Shown here one piece after another: positions 8,989 to 17,804 of a DNA stretch of 35,830 nt. Made by a program: the position numbers and the translations under genes. Every line of letters begins with the position of its first letter. Position 1 is the stretch's first letter. Source of the stretch: Planctomycetota bacterium (GTDB lineage: Bacteria > Planctomycetota > SZUA-567 > H5-PLA8); contig BTVV01000058.1 in the NCBI GenBank assembly GCA_045863855.1, positions 1 through 35,830 of the forward strand, in the 5' to 3' direction. The notes beneath the pieces are model-generated. The model saw only the letters and a list, made by a program, of their open reading frames with translations, had not been told where the DNA came from and did not search any database.

Positions 8989-9071
8989 TTCGAATAAAAC
9001 GAGTGCATTCGTGTAAAGAGTTACGCAGACTCAGTTCCGTGAGTAAGAGTCCGAATCTCGACCGGCGGCGG

Positions 9072-9089
9072 TTGCACAAGGTCGTGCAA
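9072..9089. promoter_or_regulatory. Putative enhancer (UAS) for a sigma54 activator
   Basis: Palindrome TTGCAC-AAGGTC-GTGCAA about 110-130 bp upstream of the predicted +1; NtrC-like TGCA half-sites; extra TGCA copies at 9099 and 9107. Confidence 0.55.
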
Positions 9090-9130
9090 TACTCGCTGTG
9101 CAGTTGTGCAGGCAGGGGACGAGTTGACGA

Positions 9131-10510
9131 ATGGCTGAATTGCCGCCGAACGCCGCTGGTGCGCTGATTCTGATCGCCGACGACAGCACGCACGTGCGCG
9201 AGGATCTGGCCGATCTATTGACGGCGGCCGGGCACCGCTGCCTGCAAGCCGCGACAGCCGCTCAGACCATCGGCATGTCGGCCGACGCGCGGCCGGATCT
9301 GGTGCTGCTGGACCTGGTATTTCCGGATGCCAGCGACCTGACTCCGCTGCGCAGGCTCCTGGAACTGCCCGGCGCTCCGGACGTGATCCTGCTGAGCGGG
9401 CAGACGGGGGCGGTTCCGATTATCGTCGAATCGATCAAGCTTGGGGCCTTCGATTTCGTGCCCAAGCCTTACGAACCGGCCGAGTTACTCAACCGGATCG
9501 CGCGGGCCTGGGAGGCGCGCAAGCTGCGCGCCGAGCGGACGATCTTGCTGCAGGAACGCGACGCGCGCTCAGGGCTGGAGCGGCTGGTGGGTTCGAGCGC
9601 GCCGATGCAGCGGTTGCGCGAAGCGCTGCGCAAACTGGCCGCGCGCGACGGGAACGTACTGCTCTGCGGCGAAAGCGGCACAGGCAAAGAGTTGGCCGCC
9701 CGCGCCTTGCATGTCCTGGGTCCGCGCCGGGCGCGGCCGTTCGTGGCCGTCAATTGCGCGGCCGTTCCCGAATCGCTGACCGAGTCGATCCTCTTTGGCC
9801 ACCGTAAAGGCGCGTTCACCGGCGCGACGCAGGCCACGCCTGGCAAGTTCGAGACGGCCGGCGACGGCACGCTGTTTCTGGACGAGATCGGGGACATGCC
9901 GCTGCGGCAGCAGGCGGCGCTGTTGCGCGTGCTGGAGAATCGTACCTTCACTCCGGTGGGGGATACGACCGACCGCGTCTGCCGGGCGCGGATTGTGCTG
10001 GCCACCAACTTGGATTTGAGCGCGGCCGTCGCGGCCGGCCGACTGCGTGAGGATCTGTATTACCGGATCCGGGTAACCGCGCTGGAACTCCCCCCGCTGC
10101 GCGCGCGCTTGGAAGATCTGCCCGAACTCTGCACGCACCTGATTGCGGAACTGGCCCTAGATATAGGTCTCCCGCCGCCGGCTTTGCAGGCCGAAGCGCT
10201 TGACGTGATGCGGCGCTACGACTGGCCGGGCAACGTCCGGGAACTCAAGAATGCTTTGGAAGGTTCGCTGATGCTGCTGGACGCGCAGGCGACGGAACTG
10301 CGCATCGCAGACCTGCCCCCCGAGTTGCTCGCGGCACGCGACGGCGCGGGCCTGGGGCTGTCGCCGGCCGAACGCCTCGAGAAAGCGGATCTGCTCCGTG
10401 CACTGCGCGAGCATCGCGGCAATCAGTCCCAGGTGGCCCAAGCGCTGGGCATTCATCGCAATACCGTGCGCGCCCGCATCCGCTATTACGGAATAACGGA
10501 CTGGAGCTGA
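9131..10510 (+). CDS. Sigma54-dependent response regulator (NtrC family: REC-AAA+-Fis HTH)
   Basis: Receiver DD...LLDL...KP; Walker A GESGTGKE; intact GAFTGA; FLDEIG; WPGNVREL; C-terminal GNQSQVAQALGIHRNTV HTH. Confidence 0.95.
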   Translation: MAELPPNAAGALILIADDSTHVREDLADLLTAAGHRCLQAATAAQTIGMSADARPDLVLLDLVFPDASDLTPLRRLLELPGAPDVILLSGQTGAVPIIVESIKLGAFDFVPKPYEPAELLNRIARAWEARKLRAERTILLQERDARSGLERLVGSSAPMQRLREALRKLAARDGNVLLCGESGTGKELAARALHVLGPRRARPFVAVNCAAVPESLTESILFGHRKGAFTGATQATPGKFETAGDGTLFLDEIGDMPLRQQAALLRVLENRTFTPVGDTTDRVCRARIVLATNLDLSAAVAAGRLREDLYYRIRVTALELPPLRARLEDLPELCTHLIAELALDIGLPPPALQAEALDVMRRYDWPGNVRELKNALEGSLMLLDAQATELRIADLPPELLAARDGAGLGLSPAERLEKADLLRALREHRGNQSQVAQALGIHRNTVRARIRYYGITDWS

Positions 10511-13041
10511 CTGGCGTTCGGCTGAGGCAGCCGCAGCACGAATTCCGCGCCGCCTTCCGCCGCGTCTGCGGCGTCGATCGAACCGCCGTGCAACGTTGCG
10601 ATCTTGCGGCACAGAGCGAGACCTAAGCCGGTTCCCTTGCCGTCTTTGGTCGAATGGAACGGTTCGAACAGGAACGCGCGCTGAGCGGCGGGAATACCGG
10701 GGCCGTTGTCCGCGACGCGCAGCATCCAGGCGCCGGCCTCCCGGGTTGCCCGCAGCGTCACGCGCGCGCCGGTCCGCCGGGTGGTGGCGTCGAACGCGTT
10801 CTGGAGCAGGTTCCGGACCACTTGCTCCAGCCAGGCCGGGTCGCACGAGCAGCGCTCGGCCTCCGGCGCCACTTCGACCGAGAGTTCCGCTCCGCGCGCT
10901 TCGAAGTCCCTCGCGATCTCCAGGAGCAGGCTGCGCGCCGCCACCGGGCGCTTGCGCAGGGTCAGCGGGCGCGCGTAGTTTCGCAGCGCTTCGAGCATGC
11001 GATCCATCGCATCCAGGCGTTCGGGAATGAGGCGCGCGGCGTGCTGGAATTCAGGATGGTCGAGGTTCAGTTGCTCGAGCTTTCCGGCCTGGTGGCGGAT
11101 GGGCTGCATCAAGTTGGCGAGTTCGTGGTTGATGGCGGAGACGAACTGGCCCAGCCGCGCCAGGTTCTCCTGGCGCTGCAAGTGCACTTCGAGATCCTTG
11201 TACGCGGTCAGGTCCTGCAGCAGTACGAGGAAGAGGGCATCGTCCTCGAAGCCGTCGAGGCCGCGCATGCTCCAGAGCGCGAAGCGCCGTTCGGGCTGAG
11301 TCCACTGCAGCGGTACGGTTTCCCGCCGGATGCCGTCGCGCAAGCCCCCGGCCACGGCCTCGGCCAGCACCGGACATGCGCGAAGCCACTCTTCGAGCCG
11401 CCCGGGCGGCGGACCTTCGGTCGCGCCGGCCAGCGCGAGGGCCGCCGGATTGATCAGCACCACGCCGCCGTCCCTGTGCAGCACCGCGACGCCGGTGCTC
11501 AGGCCGTCCAAGGTCAGCCGCGTCAGTTGTTCCAAGCTGGCGATGTGCGCGTACTGGCGTGCGTTGCGCAGCGCGACCGAAGTGTTGTCGGCCACGGTGC
11601 GCGCGAAGCGCAGATCCTCGGAGTCGTAGAGTTCGTCGGCGCGCTGCGGTGGAACCAGCGCCACGGCGAGCGTTTCTTCCTGGTGGCGCACCGGAACCAG
11701 CAGGAAGGCCCCGGATTCGCTCCAAGCCACACCGCGCGCCGGCGCGTCCGGTCGGCTTTGCGGTTCCGGAAGCGCCTGGACTTCGCCGGGCGGGTGGGCC
11801 GCGAGCCAAGCGGCCCACGCTTCGCGTTCGCCGTCCTGGAAATCCGGCGCCGGACTCTCGCCGTGAGCGGACTGCAGGGTCCATGTTCCGTTGGCGCGCG
11901 GTAGAAAGACCCAGACGCGCCGGGCGTTCAATCCGTCGCGCAGGACCGCGGCCAGTTCGTGGAGCACCTCGTCGAGGCGCATGGCCGAAGCCATGCGTCG
12001 GGAGTGAATCGCCAGCAGCGCCTCGCGGTCGGCGCGCACACGAAAGAAGTAGCGGTCGATGCGGCGCTGCAGGGCGCTCAGGAGCGGTGCGTAGAGCAGT
12101 CCGGCCACGGTGACAAAGCCCACCGCGGGAAGCAGATTGGCCAGCACGCCGTCCGGATGCAGGAAACGGGACGTTGCGAAGAGCAGCAGACCGTACGCCG
12201 CGCCCAACAACATGCAGACCGCGCCGTAGGCCAGTCCGCGGCGGATCACGATTCCGAAATCGTAGACTTGGTGCACCAGTACGGCGTAGCCGAGGATCAG
12301 GACGTGCGCGACGTAAAACGATCCGCCCAGCGTAGGCAGGCGGATGCCCATGCTGATCAGGAAATGAAGCCAGCACGACGACCACATCGGCACCGCGCCG
12401 GCGGTGAAGTAAAAGACCTGCCAGCGGCGCTGCCGGGGTCTGACCGTGAAGAGGGTGTATACCAGCAGGAAGAACGCGGCGGTCAGGACGCTGGAGATGT
12501 ACCCGAAAAAGTGCGGGTAGAAGCCCTTCATCGCGGGCATCCACTTGCCGTTCCGGTAGATCGCCTGAGGACACATACTGCCTGCGAGCTGGAGCACGAG
12601 AAATACGCATCCGCCCGCCCATGCCATCCGCTCGATCCAGCGCCAGGCGGGGTGCTCGGTTTGCGTGAAGCGAATCGCGAAGCGCAGCAGGGCGGGGGCG
12701 ACGAAAATGCCACCGAATCCCAGCAGGCGGATGGCGAGTACAACGGACTCCGCGGTGGCGGCCGGATCGGGTCCGGGCCGGATCGTGAACATGGCCCAGA
12801 CCAGGCCGAGGTACACGATGACGAAGAACAGGTAGAGCTGAAAGCTGCCGTGCGCGGGCCCGCGGTGCTCCTGGCGGCGCGCGAGCAGAAGCATGCCCAA
12901 CGCGGCGTAAAACGCCACCAGCCACCCGACCGAACTAGGCGCAACGCCGTAAGCCAGCGGCAAGGTGCCCGCGGCAAGCGCCACGCACCACAGCACGGCC
13001 GCATGCCGCAAGACCGGATGCCAAGTATCCCGGGTGGTCAT
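10486..13041 (-). CDS. Membrane sensor histidine kinase (multi-TM N-terminus, GAF, PAS-like, HisKA, HATPase)
   Basis: About 330 aa hydrophobic N-terminus; GAF-like LLVPVRHQEETLAV...YDSEDLRFARTVA; H-box INHELAN; N-box NLLQNAFDA; DNGPGI; LFEPFHSTK; GTGLGL. Confidence 0.93.
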   Translation of the reverse strand: MTTRDTWHPVLRHAAVLWCVALAAGTLPLAYGVAPSSVGWLVAFYAALGMLLLARRQEHRGPAHGSFQLYLFFVIVYLGLVWAMFTIRPGPDPAATAESVVLAIRLLGFGGIFVAPALLRFAIRFTQTEHPAWRWIERMAWAGGCVFLVLQLAGSMCPQAIYRNGKWMPAMKGFYPHFFGYISSVLTAAFFLLVYTLFTVRPRQRRWQVFYFTAGAVPMWSSCWLHFLISMGIRLPTLGGSFYVAHVLILGYAVLVHQVYDFGIVIRRGLAYGAVCMLLGAAYGLLLFATSRFLHPDGVLANLLPAVGFVTVAGLLYAPLLSALQRRIDRYFFRVRADREALLAIHSRRMASAMRLDEVLHELAAVLRDGLNARRVWVFLPRANGTWTLQSAHGESPAPDFQDGEREAWAAWLAAHPPGEVQALPEPQSRPDAPARGVAWSESGAFLLVPVRHQEETLAVALVPPQRADELYDSEDLRFARTVADNTSVALRNARQYAHIASLEQLTRLTLDGLSTGVAVLHRDGGVVLINPAALALAGATEGPPPGRLEEWLRACPVLAEAVAGGLRDGIRRETVPLQWTQPERRFALWSMRGLDGFEDDALFLVLLQDLTAYKDLEVHLQRQENLARLGQFVSAINHELANLMQPIRHQAGKLEQLNLDHPEFQHAARLIPERLDAMDRMLEALRNYARPLTLRKRPVAARSLLLEIARDFEARGAELSVEVAPEAERCSCDPAWLEQVVRNLLQNAFDATTRRTGARVTLRATREAGAWMLRVADNGPGIPAAQRAFLFEPFHSTKDGKGTGLGLALCRKIATLHGGSIDAADAAEGGAEFVLRLPQPNASQLQSVIP

Positions 13042-13093
13042 ACGTTGAGCAGGTTAGAGGCCGGCGAATATGAAACAAGCCGGGATCGGCAGG

Positions 13094-14260
13094 CTATTCC
13101 GACAGCGCCACCTGCGCCGCGAAGCGGCAGGCCAGCGCGTATTCGTCCAGGTCGATCCACTCGTGCGGCGTATGCACCTGGCGCTGGCCGGTTCCGTAAG
13201 TGACGGTGGGGATGCCGTGCGCGTTCAGCCAGTTCGAATCCATCCCGCCGTTGTTGTCCACGCAGGCCATCTCGATGGAGAGTTCGCGTGCGGCCCGCAA
13301 AGCCAACTGCACCGCAGGTTCGCCGTCCGGAAGCTTAAACGATTCGTACGTGGGCGCCGGGCCGAAGGCGACTTCGGCGCACTGTCCGGCTTGGTTGCGC
13401 GTCCGGGCCGCCGCGGCTCGAAACGCATCCTGCCAGCGCGCGACGATGCGGTCGCGGAAAGCGCGGTCGTGGCTGCGCGCTTCGGCCAGGATGCTCAAAT
13501 GCGGCATCACGACGTTGCTGCCCTGCCCGCCGTTCAGGATGCCCAAGTTCGCGCTGCCTTTGCCTTCGGGCTTCGCGATCGCGCCGTGCCAGCCGTCGTC
13601 GGCCAGCGCTTGCAGCGCCCGCGCCATCGCCACCGCCGCCGAGACGCCGTCTTCGGGATGCGCGCCGCTGTGCGCTTCGACGCCTTTGATCTCGACGGTG
13701 AAGCGCTGCGTCCCGATCACCGCCGTGACCAGTTCCTGGATTCGTCCGCCGTCGGCGTTAAAGCCCAGCGCGGGCAGCGCCGGTCCCAATTTTCCTAAGT
13801 CCAATCCGCGCGCGCCGACCAGACCGACTTCTTCCTGAATCAGGAAGACCAGCGTCGTGGGTGCGTGCCGGCCTTTACGTTCGGCCAGCGCCCGCGCCAC
13901 GGCGAGCACGATGCCGCAGCCGCAACGGTTATCGCCGCCCAGCGCGCGGCCCGGCGCGGCGTTGACCGCCTTGCGGCCTTCGACGCGCGGCTGGCAGCCC
14001 ACCGCGTTGGGAATCGTATCCATGTGGCAGGTAAAGAGCCGCCGCGCGCCGCGGCCGTGCCCGTCGAGGCGCACGATCAGGTTGCCCGTCTCGCCGCCGT
14101 ATTCGCTCTGATCCTGCGCCCGGTCGAAGCTTATGGCCGAATCGGGAATACCGGCTTCGCGCAGGAAAGCCACGATGCGCTGCGCGACTTTTCCTTCGCG
14201 GCCGGGCGGGCCTTCGATGGGAAGCAGTTCGAGCAACTGGCGTTCGGCGAGTTCGGACAT
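13094..14260 (-). CDS. M20 family metallopeptidase (peptidase T-like)
   Basis: HMDT, LGGDNR, QEEVGL, AHSG.HPEDGVSA, GGMDSN and VHT metal-binding/catalytic motifs. Confidence 0.88.
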   Translation of the reverse strand: MSELAERQLLELLPIEGPPGREGKVAQRIVAFLREAGIPDSAISFDRAQDQSEYGGETGNLIVRLDGHGRGARRLFTCHMDTIPNAVGCQPRVEGRKAVNAAPGRALGGDNRCGCGIVLAVARALAERKGRHAPTTLVFLIQEEVGLVGARGLDLGKLGPALPALGFNADGGRIQELVTAVIGTQRFTVEIKGVEAHSGAHPEDGVSAAVAMARALQALADDGWHGAIAKPEGKGSANLGILNGGQGSNVVMPHLSILAEARSHDRAFRDRIVARWQDAFRAAAARTRNQAGQCAEVAFGPAPTYESFKLPDGEPAVQLALRAARELSIEMACVDNNGGMDSNWLNAHGIPTVTYGTGQRQVHTPHEWIDLDEYALACRFAAQVALSE

Positions 14261-14290
14261 GGATCGTTCCTTCCAGAGCCGCGGGCGGGC

Positions 14291-15562
14291 TCAGGCCAGC
14301 GTTTTCTCAAGAGCCGACGCGACCCGGTCGCATTCGGCGGAGGTGATCGAGAGCGGCGGTTGTAGGCGCAGGACGTTTCCGAATGGGCCGCCCGAACCGA
14401 CCAGGATGCCCTGCTCGCGCAGCGACGCGCGCAGGCTCTTGGTCTCGGCGGCGGCCGGCTCCTTGGATTTCTTATCCTTCACCAGTTCGAGGCCGATCAT
14501 CAGGCCCTTGCCGCGCACGTCGCCGATCAGCTTGCTCTTTTCGGCCAGCGGGCGCAGCCGCGACATCAGTTCCTCGCCGCGCGCGGCGGCGTTCTCGACG
14601 AGCTTCTCTTCCTGGAGCACTTCGATGTTCGCCACGGCCGCGGCGCAGGAGACGGGGTTTCCGCCGAAGGTGCTGAGGTGGTCGCCGGGCTTCATCGCGT
14701 CGCAGACCGGTTCCCGGGCGATGAATGCGCCCAGCGGGAAGCCGTTGGCGATGCCCTTGGCCATGGCCAGGATATCCGGCTCCACGCCGTAGTGTTCGAT
14801 GGCGAAGAAGCGCCCCGTGCGCCCGAAGCCGGTCTGAACTTCGTCGCAGATGAAGAGTGCACCGTCCTCCTTGAGGATGGAGACGGCTGTCTTAAAGTAT
14901 CCGTCGGGCGGAACCAGGATGCCGCCCTCGCCCAGCAGCGGTTCGGCCAGGAACGCGGCCACGTCGCCGCCGGTCTGCTGGCGCAGCACGTCTTTCATCG
15001 CGTGCGCGCAGGCCAGGTCGCAGGTGCCCGGTTCCAGCTTCAGCGGGCAGCGGTAGCAGTACGGCGTGGGCGCGAAGGCCACGCCCGAGAGGTACGGGCC
15101 GGCGCCCTGCTTGCGGCCGCGGTTGCCGGTGACCGAAAGCGTCCCCACCGTGCGCCCATGGAAGCTGTAGCCCAAGGCGACCAGCTCCTTGCGCCCCGTC
15201 GCCTGCTTGGCCAAGCGCATTGCGCCTTCGATCGCCTCGGCGCCGGAGTTCCCGAAGAAGCTCTTCTTCAAGCCGCCGGGAGTGATCCCGGCCAGCTTCT
15301 CGGCGAGCCGCCCCACCGCGGGCACCTGGTAGACGTACGAGCAGCAGTGGACCAGTTCCTCCATCTGCTTGCGCGCCGCCTCGATGATCTTCGGGTGCCC
15401 GTGCCCCGCGTTGACCACCGAGATGCCCGCGAAGCAGTCGAGATACTCTTTGCCGTCGGCCGCCTTCAGCGTGCGCCCCTTGCCGCTCACGATGGCGACC
15501 GGTTCGGCCGACAACGCGGCCACCGGCATGAGATATTCGGAGTATTGTTGCGCCGTGTTCAT
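14291..15562 (-). CDS. Class III PLP-dependent aminotransferase (omega-amino acid / beta-alanine type)
   Basis: NSGAEA, SFHGRT, DEVQTGFGRTG, MAKGIANGFPLG (PLP Lys), STFGGNPVSCAAA. Confidence 0.93.
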   Translation of the reverse strand: MNTAQQYSEYLMPVAALSAEPVAIVSGKGRTLKAADGKEYLDCFAGISVVNAGHGHPKIIEAARKQMEELVHCCSYVYQVPAVGRLAEKLAGITPGGLKKSFFGNSGAEAIEGAMRLAKQATGRKELVALGYSFHGRTVGTLSVTGNRGRKQGAGPYLSGVAFAPTPYCYRCPLKLEPGTCDLACAHAMKDVLRQQTGGDVAAFLAEPLLGEGGILVPPDGYFKTAVSILKEDGALFICDEVQTGFGRTGRFFAIEHYGVEPDILAMAKGIANGFPLGAFIAREPVCDAMKPGDHLSTFGGNPVSCAAAVANIEVLQEEKLVENAAARGEELMSRLRPLAEKSKLIGDVRGKGLMIGLELVKDKKSKEPAAAETKSLRASLREQGILVGSGGPFGNVLRLQPPLSITSAECDRVASALEKTLA

Positions 15563-15615
15563 CCTTCCGTCCTTCCTTGCTCAAATCCCAATTCCAAAAC
15601 CGGCCATCCCCTTGC

Positions 15616-17133
15616 CTACACCCAGCCCTCATGCGGCGGCACCGCGCCAAACCAGCGCTCGGTAATCACCTTCTTGCGCGTGTAGAAGTGGATCGCGTCG
15701 GGCCCGTAAACGTGCGTGTCGCCGAAGAGCGACTTCTTCCAGCCGCCGAAACTGAAGCTCGCCATCGGCGCCGGCACGCCCAGGTTGAGGCCCAACATTC
15801 CGCACTGGATGCCCGCGCGGAAGGTGCGCGCCGCCGCGCCCGACTGGGTAAAGATCGAGGCCGAATTGCCGAAGCGGCTGCGGTTGGCGATGTCGATCGC
15901 TTCCTCGAGATCCTTCGCGCGCAGGACCGCCACCACCGGGCCGAAAATCTCTTCGGCCACCAGCGGCGATTCGAGGTCCGCGACGTCGAAGACCGTTGCG
16001 CCGAGGTAATGCCCGTTGGGCCGCGTGGCGGCCTTTGCACCGCGTCCGTCGAGGAGCAGCTTGGCGCCGGCTTTTTCGCCCGCGGCGATGGCTTGTTCGA
16101 CTTTCTGCTTATGCGCCGCGCTGTGCAGCGGGCCCATCCCGGCCTGTTCGTCGAAGCCGTCGCCAAGGCGGATCGTGCGCGCGCCGGCCACGAAGCCTTC
16201 GATCACGCGGTCCTGTTGCGCCTTGTCGCCGATGGCGACCACGACACTTCCGGCCAGGCAGCGCTGCCCCGCGCAGCCGAAGCAGCTTCCCACCAGCGCC
16301 GGCACGCTCTGCTCCAGATTCGCGTCGGGCATGACGAGCAGAAAGTTCTTGCCGCCGCCCAAGGCCTGCACGCGCTGCCCGTTCGCCGCGCACTGGCTGT
16401 AAATCTGCTGCGCGACGGGCGTCGAGCCCACGAACGTGACGGCTTTGACGGACGGGTTGGCGAGGAGCCGCTGCGTCACGTCCGCTCCGCCGTGGAGCAC
16501 ATTGACCACGCCCTTGGGCAAGCCGGCTTCGTTGAAGAGCTGCGCCAGTCGCGTTCCCGTCAGCGGGGCCTTCTCGGCGGGCTTGAGGATGTACGTATTC
16601 CCACAGGCCACCGCGAGCGGCATCGTCCAGAGCGGGATCATGGCCGGGAAATTGAACGGTGGAATCCCGACGCAGACGCCCAGCGGCTCGCGCACGCAGG
16701 AGGCATCCACCAGCGACGCGACGTTGGGCAGCGTCTCGCCCATCAGCAGCGAGGGAATGCCGCAGGCGAACTCGACGACGTCGATGCCGCGGCGCACGTC
16801 GCCTTTGGCTTCGCTAAGCAGCTTGCCGTTCTCGCGGACGATCAGGCGCGCCAGTTCGACATAGTTCGCTTCGAGGAGTTCCCTGAAACGAAAGAGCACG
16901 CGCGCGCGGTCGGGCGCCGGAGTGCCGGCCCAGCCGCGAAAGGCGCGCTGCGCCGAGGCGCAAGCCGCGGCCACCTGAGCGGGCGTGGCCTCACGGACCG
17001 CGGCGACGAGCTCGCCGGGGTCCGCCGGGTTGCGAATCTCGCGGACGATCTCCCCTTCGCCGGGAACGCTCGCGCCGTCGATCCATAGAGCGGCTTCGGC
17101 GCTGCGGGGCGGGTGAGCGGTTGCGGTGGTCAT
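15616..17133 (-). CDS. mmsA: CoA-acylating (methyl)malonate-semialdehyde dehydrogenase
   Basis: PFNFPAMIPLW, LKPAEKAP, FVGSTPVA, QALGGGKN, GCAGQRCLAGS (catalytic Cys), EEIFGPV; signature of the MMSDH subgroup. Confidence 0.9.
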   Translation of the reverse strand: MTTATAHPPRSAEAALWIDGASVPGEGEIVREIRNPADPGELVAAVREATPAQVAAACASAQRAFRGWAGTPAPDRARVLFRFRELLEANYVELARLIVRENGKLLSEAKGDVRRGIDVVEFACGIPSLLMGETLPNVASLVDASCVREPLGVCVGIPPFNFPAMIPLWTMPLAVACGNTYILKPAEKAPLTGTRLAQLFNEAGLPKGVVNVLHGGADVTQRLLANPSVKAVTFVGSTPVAQQIYSQCAANGQRVQALGGGKNFLLVMPDANLEQSVPALVGSCFGCAGQRCLAGSVVVAIGDKAQQDRVIEGFVAGARTIRLGDGFDEQAGMGPLHSAAHKQKVEQAIAAGEKAGAKLLLDGRGAKAATRPNGHYLGATVFDVADLESPLVAEEIFGPVVAVLRAKDLEEAIDIANRSRFGNSASIFTQSGAAARTFRAGIQCGMLGLNLGVPAPMASFSFGGWKKSLFGDTHVYGPDAIHFYTRKKVITERWFGAVPPHEGWV

Positions 17134-17150
17134 GGCGGACGGTCCTTTTC

Positions 17151-17711
17151 TCAGAAGCTCGGCGGCGTATTGACCGAGACGGATTCGACCTCGCCGCGCC
17201 CGATGTTGCGGAAGCGATGCGGCCGGCGGCTGTCGAAGTAATACGCGTCGCCCGGGCCCAGCACGTGGACCTCGTCTTCGACGGTCAATTCCAACTGTCC
17301 TTTGAGCACCACGCCGGCCTCCTCGGCCTCGTGGCGGTACAAGTCCGGACCCGTATCCGCGCCGGGTTCGTAGCGCTCCACGAGCAACTGCAACGCGCGA
17401 CCCGGCCGGTTCGGTGCGACTTCGCGGTACGAGAGTCCCTTGTGTTGGCCGGAGATCTCGACCAGCTCGGCTTTCCGGTACACGATCTTGGCCGGGGTCG
17501 GGGCCGCTCCGTCACTGAAAAATTCGCCTAGCGTGGTGCCCAAGCTGTCGAGCAGCGTCTTGAGCTTGCCGACGGAGATCGAGTTGCGTCCGTTTTCGAC
17601 GGCCGAAATGAAGCTCAGCGCGATGCCCGTATCCCGCGCCAGCGCGCGCAACGAACGCTTGCGGCGTGTGCGCAGATCCCGCAGGCGGCTTCCCAGTTGT
17701 TTTTCGAGCAT
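17151..17711 (-). CDS. XRE-HTH + cupin transcriptional regulator (PuuR-like)
   Basis: LGSRLRDLR...SLRALARDTGIALSFISAVENGRNS HTH; cupin HEAEEAGVVLKGQLELTV...GPGDAYYFDSRRPHRFRN; ends TPPSF. Confidence 0.9.
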   Translation of the reverse strand: MLEKQLGSRLRDLRTRRKRSLRALARDTGIALSFISAVENGRNSISVGKLKTLLDSLGTTLGEFFSDGAAPTPAKIVYRKAELVEISGQHKGLSYREVAPNRPGRALQLLVERYEPGADTGPDLYRHEAEEAGVVLKGQLELTVEDEVHVLGPGDAYYFDSRRPHRFRNIGRGEVESVSVNTPPSF

Positions 17712-17726
17712 GAACCGCTCCCGAAC

Positions 17727-17784
17727 GGTGTTCGATATATAAGTACACCGGGATGGACGGAGCGCAAGCCGGAATGTTCGATAT
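17727..17784. promoter_or_regulatory. Putative operators of the PuuR-like regulator
   Basis: Exact direct repeat TGTTCGATAT at 17729-17738 and 17775-17784; the first copy lies inside GGTGT-N13-ACACC, directly upstream of the regulator start. Confidence 0.6.
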
Positions 17785-17804
17785 TTCGCCCGGCGCTAAG
17801 CTCG

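Noticed and set aside
9131..13041. Naming the pair prsK/prsR
   Set aside because: Architecture is similar, but no exosortase or PEP-CTERM gene is present and the orientation differs; needs an HMM test.
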